Part shown: positions 31,801 to 40,103 of the stretch, one piece after another
Layout of the letters: every line of letters begins with the position of its first letter
Position numbering within the stretch: position 1 is the stretch's first letter
Origin: Octopus bimaculoides
Taxonomy: Eukaryota
Length of the DNA stretch: 40,103 nt
Direction of reading: 5' to 3'
Assembly: GCF_001194135.2 (NCBI RefSeq)
Contig: NC_068983.1
Location: forward strand, 123,255,117-123,295,219
Position numbers and translations under genes: made by a program
Notes under the pieces: model-generated
Seen by the model: the letters and a program-made list of their open reading frames with translations, nothing else
What the model was told of the DNA's origin: nothing
Database searches by the model: none

Positions 31801-34788
31801 TAATGATATGGAAGAAAAATCAATTGGTGAAAAACCAAAAGTAAAAGAAATTCAATAAGTTCAATGAAAATCAGTCTTAGAATACCCAGTACTATGTAAT
31901 AATGTGGAAAAATAAATTAATTTTCCTATCTTGAAATGGGATCAAGCATGCGAGTTAAGTGTTCACAATAAGAAATATACTTTTATATACATTAAAATAC
32001 AGCTCAAACATCAATATCAGAGCACCCTTTACATTAATATATTCAATAAAAAATGTACTGTCTATCTGATAAACACACCACCATTTACCACAATACTCTA
32101 AATTTTATCCTTTTCCAGCAACTATTTCAATTTTCTTTCCTCGTATATATTGATTACCACTTAAACTGAATGTTTAATTCCATTATTCTTCCACAGACTA
32201 CATCACCTCTTTTGACTCCTAACCTTCACATGTTTGCAATCATTAACCTGCAAGAACATTGAGCACACTAACTTCCCACAGTTATTCCTATCCCTCAGTC
32301 TACAATGAACTGAAAACTATGCACTTTAACCTGCCTCCTTAAATTATTGAAAAAGAAAAAAAAAAAGCCTTAAAATCTCATCAGGTTCATGAAGTTCAAT
32401 TGTATCAAGTACTCCATTAAAAAGAAAAATATTTCAATAACAAAAGTAAAATATTTGTCATGTAAAAAATAAGTTTGACAATATCTGGAATAAAGCAATG
32501 ATTAAAATGTAAAAAACAAATCAATAAAATATGGATCCTTAATATTGTATTTTGCACTTAATCAAATACTATGCTTTTTATTTTAGTTGCCTTAATTGGA
32601 AATAACAGAATATGAAGAGGTTACTTCATACAAAACACATCATCTGATCAACTGACAATGAGAATTAATTGTACTTAAAGGAACACTTAGAAAGTAATTA
32701 ACATGTTTTGCCAGGAATGTGGTTCAGTTGAATTTGAAGACAATGTCTTAATTGATACAACAATGTTAATAACATTTGTTCTTGGCTGACAAGTTTGACA
32801 CCCCACACTCACAAAGTTGTTCATATTCCAGAGGAAACTGTTTTCACACTAACTGCGCACTAATGCCTGGAAAAGCAAATACTGTTGCCAGAAATGCAGC
32901 ACAAGCCAAATAATAAACACAAGGCTATGGATCTGAGACAAAGTGTACAGTCAAATAAATAAACTGATCTCAATACTTGACAAGTACTATATCATCAGTC
33001 CATTAAAAACGAAAAGCAAAGTTAAGCCAAGTAGATTTGTTTCATCTGTAATTATAATTTCATTCTCATTATGATGACTGATTCGAATATTACCATATTT
33101 TATTGATTTTAGATAGATGAAAGGTAAAAATTAGCCTCAGCAGGAATTTGATCTTTGAATAGGTGTGTAATCAAAATCTGCAAAACATCTTGTTTTTCAC
33201 TCTACCAACCACCACTTTTAATAATTTCTAACATGAGCACAAGGCCAGAAATTTAGCAAGAAAGATTAGTCAATTAGATTGACCTCAATACTTGACTGGT
33301 ACTTTATCAACCCTGGAAGGATGAAAAGCAAGATTGACATTGGAGGGATTTGAACTAAGGAACCTTAAACAAATACCACAAACAAGTTTTTTTGATGCAA
33401 TAACGATTCCACCAATAATTTCTAACACACACACACACGGTCATATATTTTGAGAGAGTGCTCTACTCTGCCTACATTTCAAGGCATAACTTTTCCTCTG
33501 ACAAAAGTCAAGAACTAAAATTCTAGATTCTATACTCATTCCAACAATGGAATCTATTAACCTCTCTTATAATCAGTTACCTTAACCATAGCACCTGAAA
33601 GGTAATTGTTTTACGAACCTATAGATCAACCCCAATGTGGGTTGAACTGAGAACGTAACTAAATATCACAAGGCCACTTACATAAGGGTATATTATATTT
33701 AAATGTACCCTTTCCTTACAATTTGAGGCTAAAAAGAAACAAAAATAATTTTATTGGTTACATTTAGGTATTGCTGAGAAATTTCAGTCCTGATCAAGCA
33801 AACCTATAATCAAATGCCTTCTGGCCATGATCATCACGTCTTTTTTCAGGTATAGTGCATCTAAGACTACAATATCAGCCAGTTTTGGTTTAGGAGCTTC
33901 ATACATAACNNNNNNNNNNNNNNNNNNNNNNNNNNNNNNNNNNNNNNNNNNNNNNNNNNNNNNNNNNNNNNNNNNNNNNNNNNNNNNNNNNNNNNNNNNN
34001 NNNNNNNACTTTCATTATTACAGGAAGATGCAATTTGAATGTCCCAAGTAACCACTTAAAGCTTCTTCATCAATTCAATAATGGGCTGAGATAAAATACG
34101 TCGATTATTGTCTTTTCCATATCCCATATTCTGATTTCTCCAGCAAAAGTTGTCCCACACAAGGAGTGCTGAAAAGTTCCTGGCTTTGGGTAAAAGAAAA
34201 TACGGAAGGATCAGTTAATTATAATTATTCAACATATTCCCCTCTCAAATTCACACACATATTGCAGCATTCCTTCAGTTTTTCTAAGCCCTGTATAAGA
34301 AAACTCGGAAGGTTGGGCTTTCAACCAGGCCTTTCGTGGTACACTTGAAGCCAGGAACTTTTTAGCACACTCATGTATGTATCGGTGTTTGTTATTCTTT
34401 GTACTCATATGTAGACAACGAGAAATAAGTATACAAGTAAAATTGTTAAAATATTTAACAGTAAAATGTACAATTTCAATATCACAGTTAACTGAGGAAC
34501 TTTAAGTGTTTTGCGGTTAACATGTTTCTAAATCGTACGTAGTTCCGCAATCGCACTAGTTTTGTCCCACAAGAAAACTGACTGTAAGTGGAGTAACTTA
34601 CAGAGTGAAAATGAGATCGATAAATTACACTGAGAGTGTGATAACAGAGTGTGATATTAAAGCAGAAAGCCTTTAAAATATATATATATGTGAATGATAT
34701 TACCGTTTTGCAAGACAACACATGAAGCCCCCCTATGTGGTGAAGGGTAGGCAGCGCCAGTTCCTAAAAATATAACTTTTAACGACAT
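19669..34788 (-). CDS. ELAC1: Short-form RNase Z / zinc phosphodiesterase ELAC1; complement(join(19669..19824,20132..20226,22035..22215,24138..24237,26039..26134,27259..27356,28553..28747,31672..31787,34704..34788)), 373 aa
   Basis: Spliced frame of 1122 nt with [28 protein letters not shown] (HxHxDH), [13 protein letters not shown] (GP-motif flexible arm), [19 protein letters not shown] and ELAEDF. Length and motif order fit RNase ZS rather than ELAC2. All 8 introns are GT-AG with matching phases. Confidence 0.95.
20132..20226 (-). CDS. ELAC1: ELAC1 coding exon 8 ([32 protein letters not shown])
   Basis: ttttaacag acceptor; gtaagt donor; motif V THFSQRY. Confidence 0.93.
20341..20901 (-). 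mobile_element. Tc1 transposon 5' remnant (left TIR and paired-like HTH start) in ELAC1 intron 7
   Basis: TA|CAGTGGGGGGAAATAAATATT terminus at 20901; [39 protein letters not shown] from 20543. Confidence 0.8.
22035..22215 (-). CDS. ELAC1: ELAC1 coding exon 7 (ICPEDVLG...HEAT...GHSTP)
   Basis: ORF 22030-22224; tgcag acceptor; gttagt donor. Confidence 0.95.
22956..23160 (+). mobile_element. Decayed SINE (same family as 2180-2578) in ELAC1 intron 6
   Basis: GAAGGCGGCAAGCT head, GCCTTTCATC..AAATAAGTACCAG core and GCTGGCCATGTGCC tail. Confidence 0.8.
23340..23795 (-). mobile_element. CR1-like LINE RT C-terminal fragment
   Basis: Minus strand reads [22 protein letters not shown] and [16 protein letters not shown]; heavily decayed. 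Confidence 0.6.
24138..24237 (-). CDS. ELAC1: ELAC1 coding exon 6 ([33 protein letters not shown])
   Basis: tttctccag acceptor; gtcagt donor; GP-motif flexible arm. Confidence 0.93.
26039..26134 (-). CDS. ELAC1: ELAC1 coding exon 5 ([32 protein letters not shown])
   Basis: Poly-T tract and cag acceptor; gtaagt donor; motif III His. Confidence 0.93.
26424..26510. repeat. 41-bp-period tandem duplication (AAAACGAGCAAGGGAGATAATT)
   Basis: Units start at 26424 and 26465; probably part of a decayed DNA transposon. Confidence 0.75.
27259..27356 (-). CDS. ELAC1: ELAC1 coding exon 4 ([17 protein letters not shown]...QIWS-L)
   Basis: ttcctgtcag acceptor and gtaagt donor; it supplies exactly the phase 0 to phase 2 bridge needed between exons 3 and 5. 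Confidence 0.85.
27645..28282 (+). mobile_element. Tc1 (DD34E) transposase 3' fragment with probable right TIR, in ELAC1 intron 3
   Basis: [32 protein letters not shown] and [14 protein letters not shown], with stops; ends GTTCAGTG|TA at 28280-28282. Confidence 0.85.
28553..28747 (-). CDS. ELAC1: ELAC1 coding exon 3 ([12 protein letters not shown]...EIYGPEGL...LAEDLK)
   Basis: ttttcag acceptor; AAG|gtaaaa donor; phase 0/0. An internal gtatgt at 28600 is also phase 0, but homology continues past it. Confidence 0.88.
29985..30230 (+). mobile_element. Decayed SINE with partial duplication of its middle segment
   Basis: TATGTTCTGAGTTCC..TTTGCCTTT occurs twice, followed by GGGGTTGATAAAATAAGTACTAG..CACTGGGGTC and a GCTGGCCTTGTG tail. 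Confidence 0.75.
31070..31200 (-). mobile_element. Decayed CORE-like SINE
   Basis: Similar to 5330-5475 (GCTCAAGGA..GAATTGAACC.ATGACC..CCTTAACCA on +). Confidence 0.6.
31672..31787 (-). CDS. ELAC1: ELAC1 coding exon 2 ([12 protein letters not shown]...SHLHGDH)
   Basis: catcag acceptor; gtaagt donor; contains motif I and HxHxDH. Confidence 0.95.
33210..33410 (-). mobile_element. Decayed SINE
   Basis: On +: CACAAGGCCAGAAATTT..GACTGGTACTTTATCAACCCTGGAAGGATGAAAAGCAAG, the reverse of the SINE core and tail. Confidence 0.65.
34158..34377. mobile_element. Mariner-type MITE, copy B, in ELAC1 intron 1
   Basis: TIRs GTGCTGAAAAGTTCCTGGCTT / AAGCCAGGAACTTTTTAGCAC; same family as 4887-5104. Confidence 0.8.
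34704..34788 (-). CDS. ELAC1: ELAC1 coding exon 1 ([28 protein letters not shown])
   Basis: ATG at 34788-34786; donor G|gtaata, phase 1. Confidence 0.92.
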
Positions 34789-35004
34789 ACTAAAGAGATT
34801 AGATTATTAAACATTAATACTAATTCGTAATTTGTTTCAAACAATCAATGTTGTTATACAGAAATAAAAACAAATAAACATATACATGTGTTAATATTGA
34901 ACTCGACACAAAACCAGCGATCTATTGTCGTCGGTAACACTGCATTATCTCCCTTAACCTTGCTAAAACTTTTTCTTAGCCAGTTCATTATTGTCTCCCT
35001 TTAC

Positions 35005-35190
35005 TTGCGGCCACTCTTACTTTTGACATGTTTTTGTCAGCGGACTGCGGTCATGCTGGGGTACCTTCTTCAAGTTTAATCAAACAAATCGACTCCAGTT
35101 CTCTTTTTAAAGCCTGGTACTTATTATCGGTCTCTAGTGCCTACGGAACGGCACAGGAGTGGCTGTGTGGTAAGTAGCTTGCTTACCAAC
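35005..35190. mobile_element. SINE fragments upstream of ELAC1 (minus-strand tail 35005-35135; plus-strand head from about 35150 into the gap)
   Basis: GCGGTCATGCTGG..CCTGGTACTTATT (reversed SINE end); CAGGAGTGGCTGTGTGGTAAGTAGCTTGC (tRNA-like head). Confidence 0.6.
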
Positions 35191-35741
35191 NNNNNNNNNN
35201 NNNNNNNNNNNNNNNNNNNNNNNNNNNNNNNNNNNNNNNNNNNNNNNNNNNNNNNNNNNNNNNNNNNNNNNNNNNNNNNNNNNNNNNNNNNNNNNNNNNN
35301 NNNNNNNNNNNNNNNNNNNNNNNNNNNNNNNNNNNNNNNNNNNNNNNNNNNNNNNNNNNNNNNNNNNNNNNNNNNNNNNNNNNNNNNNNNNNNNNNNNNN
35401 NNNNNNNNNNNNNNNNNNNNNNNNNNNNNNNNNNNNNNNNNNNNNNNNNNNNNNNNNNNNNNNNNNNNNNNNNNNNNNNNNNNNNNNNNNNNNNNNNNNN
35501 NNNNNNNNNNNNNNNNNNNNNNNNNNNNNNNNNNNNNNNNNNNNNNNNNNNNNNNNNNNNNNNNNNNNNNNNNNNNNNNNNNNNNNNNNNNNNNNNNNNN
35601 NNNNNNNNNNNNNNNNNNNNNNNNNNNNNNNNNNNNNNNNNNNNNNNNNNNNNNNNNNNNNNNNNNNNNNNNNNNNNNNNNNNNNNNNNNNNNNNNNNNN
35701 NNNNNNNNNNNNNNNNNNNNNNNNNNNNNNNNNNNNNNNNN

Positions 35742-36794
35742 TTTAAGGACCACATCTCCATAAAAGGAAAATCCGCAGAGACATGGTTTGGTTTGCCCCA
35801 CCCTTCTCACTCAACATTAAGACTTGTGTGGGAAGGATATTCCTCAGGTTAATTAGACAAACACTTCACACTGATACATACAGTTATTCAACAGGCACAA
35901 TCTAAGGGTCTCCTTTAGCAGTGCATCTAACATGAAAAGTATATTAGCTAACGCCCATGAAACACAGGGAGAGGCAGGTTGCTCTTACAGTGACTGTCCA
36001 GTGGGAGGCCAATGTGAATCTGAGGGAGTCATCTATGAAGCTGTAGTGACACTCAGGCCTAGCAACCACAGTAATAGCAGCAATGGATCATCCAACAACA
36101 TTGAGGACATCAGATGCAGCGACAGCAACAGAATCACTAGCACTGATGCCAATGACCCCAGTACCAGCACTACAGCTGGGGATGACCATGCTAACACCAG
36201 TAGCACTTGTGAAGCTACTGGCCCCATGCTCAATATTACTATTGACGGTACCCATATCATTGATGGCACCCACATCATCACCAGTGGCAATAGCGCTAAC
36301 TCTACAGCCAGGGACGACCACCACAATGATAGCAGCAACAGCTATATCGCTGGACCTGCACATCATAATGATTACAGCACTGATAGCAGCCCCAACAACA
36401 CTGGTAGCAACAACAACACCCCCAGGCCCAGAGCCAACCAGAGATGCACCAGCAATGTGAACACAGCCAACACCCAAGCCTGGAAATACATCAGATCAGC
36501 CAGTATGGCTTTCAAGCAACACTTGTGTGACCACATGTCCTCATTCAGGGTTCCTGAAAGATTATTCATCACATCCCTGGCCAGCCATGTGTGGTACCTC
36601 AAAGTCAAGGGACCCCATACAATATCAAATAGATCTTAGAACAACTGGGTCCTTACATCAATGGGAGCAGGTGTTGCAAGCTCTGCATAGTTGAGCGAAT
36701 GAGGATACTTAAAGACTCCCTAAAATCTGGGTCGCTGAATACTCGTCAAGAAATCTTCACACCATGCATCCATTTCAAGTTCTACCTGCTGTAA
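35742..36794 (+). mobile_element. Penelope-like element 3' portion: RT thumb, Cys linker and GIY-YIG endonuclease, frameshifted
   Basis: VWFAPPFSLNIKT, LDKHF, LFNRHNLRVSFS, CSYSDCPVGGQC, VIYEAVV...KYIRS..FKQH..DH.SSF..TSLASHVW.LK; after a frameshift PYINGSRCCKLCIVER..LNTRQEIFTPCIH. Confidence 0.88.
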
Positions 36795-37204
36795 AAATGG
36801 GATTCCTCATTCACTGACTCAGCTCAGAAGAGTCCTTATGATCCATTAGATACCTTATTCTCCAAATAGCTGGTCTAGCGGAGATGACCAATCCTCACTT
36901 GCCGGCCCTTTTATTCTCTTATGATCTTTTGACCATTGACCATAACAACTTTCCACCTCCAAGAGGTGAAGTGTTAATTTTGTCCTTGGACTAGAGTCTG
37001 ATAAGTTGTCCACGTAGCTATGACTTTCGTAGATGTGAAACCATTGGTCACTCTATGACCAGACATTAACTTTTTTTACTTTAATATATATATATATTAT
37101 GTACACAGACTTCTGTACTTGGGGTTTGTTGACTTGGAGAAAGCCTTTGACTGAGTGCCCTGCTCCCTCCTCTGGTGAAGTTAGAGATAGATGAGTAGCT
37201 GGTG

Positions 37205-37510
37205 AGATCTGAACTAGCTATGTACAGGGATGCTGATTTAAGAGAAAAATTGGGTATAAAAGACACCAGACGTGTGCAAGAGAGAAGACTGGACTGGACT
37301 GGTATAGTCATATGATGTGTATGAGGACAACTACATCAAGAAGTGCCGTCCTCTAATTGTAGAGGGAACATGTGGAAAGGATGGTCCCCAAGAAGACATG
37401 GGATGAAGTGGTAAGAAAGGATCTTCAGAATTTAGGTTTCACAAAGGAGGTGAAAAGACAAAACTTCTGGTGATATTGTGTGCTTAAGAAGACACATTAA
37501 GCTAAGTAAA
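37205..37510 (+). mobile_element. RTE LINE 3' fragment
   Basis: LREKLGIK, QERRL, IVEGTCG and KKTWDEVVRKDLQ.LG motifs, decayed. Confidence 0.8.
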
Positions 37511-37744
37511 ATAGTGGCTTTCCATGCATACAGTCATGTTCCTTACACCCCTCTCTCAGCCGAGAGATCCTAGTCTTATGAGCTTGTGAATGCTGGTACC
37601 ACATACAAGCACCTGTGCCAGTTCGACGTGGTGTAGATTTCAATTATATCAATAAGTTGCAAAACCAGATTTTCCAATGATGGGGAGAAGAGTTTTGGTA
37701 AATTCATACAAATTGATGTGTGTGTGTGATATTAGACCCCTTGA

Positions 37745-38398
37745 CTTTGTTTTCTCATAACTTTCAGATAAATAGATATTTTTAAAATGAAATTTTCTAC
37801 AAACATGCTTCAGATGGTGTAAATTCTGATTATATCAGAATTTGTTGTGAGAAAGTTTTCCAAGGGGTGGGAAGAGAAGTTGTGAAAAATTTACATGAGT
37901 CAGTCTGTTTCCTCATAACTTTCAGAAAAATGGGTATTTTTTTATTAAAATTTCTATGGACATATTTCAGATGGCATAGATTGCAATTATGTAGGAATTT
38001 AAATTTTGTTGGGATTCGCACATCTACAGAGACATGTCACAAACCTCTACAAAATGAAATTTGGAATTTTGAAAAAAATTGTGATGTGTATCAGTACGTG
38101 CAGTATGTGTGTGTGCGTGCCTACCAATTTTTTTCCACATTAAATTCCAATACAATCACAATTTATACAAACAGAAAGGTGTATGTTGAAAATTTCATGA
38201 AAAATATAACCATTTTTCTGAAAGTCATGGGCAAACAAAGCTGACGGTGTGAATTTACGAAAACTCTTCTTCCCATCACTAAAATATCTGGTTTTACTAC
38301 TAATTCTGATATAATCAGAATTTACACAATCTGAAGGATATTTGTAGGAAATTCAATTAAAAAATACCCATGTCTCTAAAAGTTATGAGGAAACAAAG
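37745..38398. mobile_element. About 650-bp foldback element whose arms each consist of two about 160-bp subrepeats
   Basis: CT(T)TGTTT(T/C)CTCATAACTTTCAG at 37745 and about 37905; reverse complements end at about 38240 and 38398. Confidence 0.8.
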
Positions 38399-38449
38399 GT
38401 GGGGCGCAATTGTGTAGGTATGCTTATATACACACACACATTATATACT

Positions 38450-38597
38450 CTTTTATTCTTTTATTTGTTTCCGTAATTTGACTGCAGCCATGCTGGAGCA
38501 CTGGCTTTAGTTGAGCAAATCGACCCCAGGATTTATTCTTATCAGTCTCTTTGGTTGAAAAGCTAAGTTACGGGGACGTAAACACACCAGCATGATT
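38450..38597 (-). mobile_element. SINE 3' fragment
   Basis: On +: CTCTTTTATTCTTT..GACTGCAGCCATGCTGGAGCAC..ATCGACCCCAGG..GCTAAGTTACGGGGACGTAAACACACC. Confidence 0.7.
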
Positions 38598-40103
38598 GGA
38601 AAATAAGAAAATTAAGAACAGATCAATTTCTTCTTATAAAGCATTTTTTTCAGTCATATTATCAAACTGAAAAAACGACTTCTTCAGAGAAAGCAGCCAC
38701 AAAAGTGAAGTGAAGAGATGGTTGAGGTTAACATGCACTTAAGTCATAAAAAATGAAAGCAAGTTCTTAAAACTGAAAGTAAATTGTGATATAAACTGGA
38801 ATTGCTGAGTCTCTTACCCATGTGTACATTAGTTGAATTATTATTGGTAGAGGTCATATGGCTCTTCTCAAAAAAGGAATTGGCTCATGTAATCCAAGTG
38901 AATCCACAGCAATGGCATGATTACTTCTTGTCGGTTTTCTTTCGACACTTCATCAGACGTGAAGGGTTATTGCATTACTCATATGTAACTACATTCTCTA
39001 TCAGGCATCGACATGACATGAAAGCCATCAAATTGCCTTTTAGGTTGTGTTTGTTGCTGGGTATAGCATGTTGGAATGGTATATTTCAGCTACTGTATTT
39101 GATAACACATCTCTAGAATGTGCTATACGTGAACATGGCATAATGAGGGAGTTTTTTTATGTTCTTTTTATGAAACTTTTGCATGTTATCATCACTTCCA
39201 ATTTCTATTGCAGTTTATTTTCGTTTTTTTAGGACAATTTACTTTCACGTTTTGCAAAAGTAAACTGATGTTAACCTTGTAGGCATACACGATTACACAT
39301 ACATCTTTAAAATAATCATGAGATAACTACAGCTTCTCTAGCGACAACAACCTCTTCCATAATGTGTTGCATATAGTCAACTGCTGTCCACCAATACGTA
39401 AGTTTTACAAGGCAAAGAAATGGGATATAAGACCCAGAAAAGAAGGAACTTGGTCTAATACTTTGATAATGCCAGCACAGAAAATGTGTGACGAATCACC
39501 ATACGCATTGATTCATTGTAGCATATTTCTGAATTATGAATTAACCTCAATGATGCAACAAAGCTAATTGTACTTCAATGTTTATGCTATTGCTACAAAT
39601 TTCACGTATGATACAATTCCTTTCAATCAGCTTTACTTTCAGTTTGAAGGAAAACATTCATCCTTCTACATTTATTTTATTGTCGAATTCAATTGGTAAG
39701 ACCTAACATTATTTTACTTTCATTTTTTTGCCGACTTCAGCAATTTCACTTTCTGGATGACAAAACGAAAAATGAAGATGTTCCAACTTCTTAATCTCTC
39801 TCTCTCTGCTAGGATATATCAACATTTGAAAGCACGCCCCAGTGTGTCCCATTTCTGAGAAAGGCATACAATATGAGCACCATAGTTGTCAAAAAAAAAA
39901 AAAAATGCAGTAGTAGTGTGTTCCCTTATTGGGATTGTCACATTAAGTTGACAATACACTACAACTTTATCGCGCCACTACTGCTTAAATCTCTCTGAGA
40001 GATTTAGAAATATTATATTTCTAATTTTGCTGATCAGTGAATAAACTTCACTATGATTATATAAGTTTGCGAGGGCTAAACAGGCTTCTTTAACCAGTTG
40101 GTA

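Larger units (their letters stand above)
772..35741. other. Assembly gaps: 772-871, 1772-2103, 4027-4756, 6603-6780, 7875-8033, 33910-34007, 35191-35741
   Basis: Runs of N. Confidence 0.99.

Noticed and set aside
36033-36608. Several overlapping ORFs on both strands suggesting a compact multi-gene locus
   Set aside because: All arise from the stop-poor low-complexity insert of the Penelope fragment.
38940-38956. Hammerhead ribozyme core CTGATGA..GAAA on the minus strand
   Set aside because: Helix II is at most 1 bp, and no helix III/UH or helix I pairing could be drawn.
38790-39900. Possible decayed DNA transposon or coding exon
   Set aside because: Hand translation gave no convincing motif (only a weak HLHF); needs tblastn/HMM searches.

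Overview
AT-rich, repeat-dense animal genomic DNA with seven N-gaps. The SINE, MITE and LINE families look like those of Octopus (inference from remembered consensus sequences). Two spliced protein-coding genes lie tail-to-tail. LIPT2 (mitochondrial octanoyltransferase, LipB family) is on +, with 2 coding exons at 11689-16598 encoding 290 aa. ELAC1 (short-form RNase Z) is on -, with 9 coding exons at 34788-19669 encoding 373 aa; I reconstructed it by hand, all introns are GT-AG with consistent phases, and all metallo-beta-lactamase motifs are intact. The rest is mobile-element debris: tRNA-derived SINEs, mariner- and Merlin-like MITEs, Tc1 fragments, RTE, CR1-like and R4/Dong-like LINE pieces, two Penelope-like fragments, a deleted Ty3/Gypsy element with a tRNA-Ser PBS, foldback palindromes and microsatellites. 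I cannot demonstrate a new biological system. The best leads are: (i) two different GG-ended, 8-bp-TSD MITEs carrying telomere-type TTAGGG/CCCTAA repeats; (ii) a genomic PCE in place of the conserved catalytic PCG motif of LIPT2, one A-to-I edit from restoration; (iii) an apparently SINE-donated stop codon and C-terminus in ELAC1; (iv) a 143-aa in-frame insert inside a Penelope GIY-YIG nuclease; (v) a CpG-decay boundary outlining the gene bodies.
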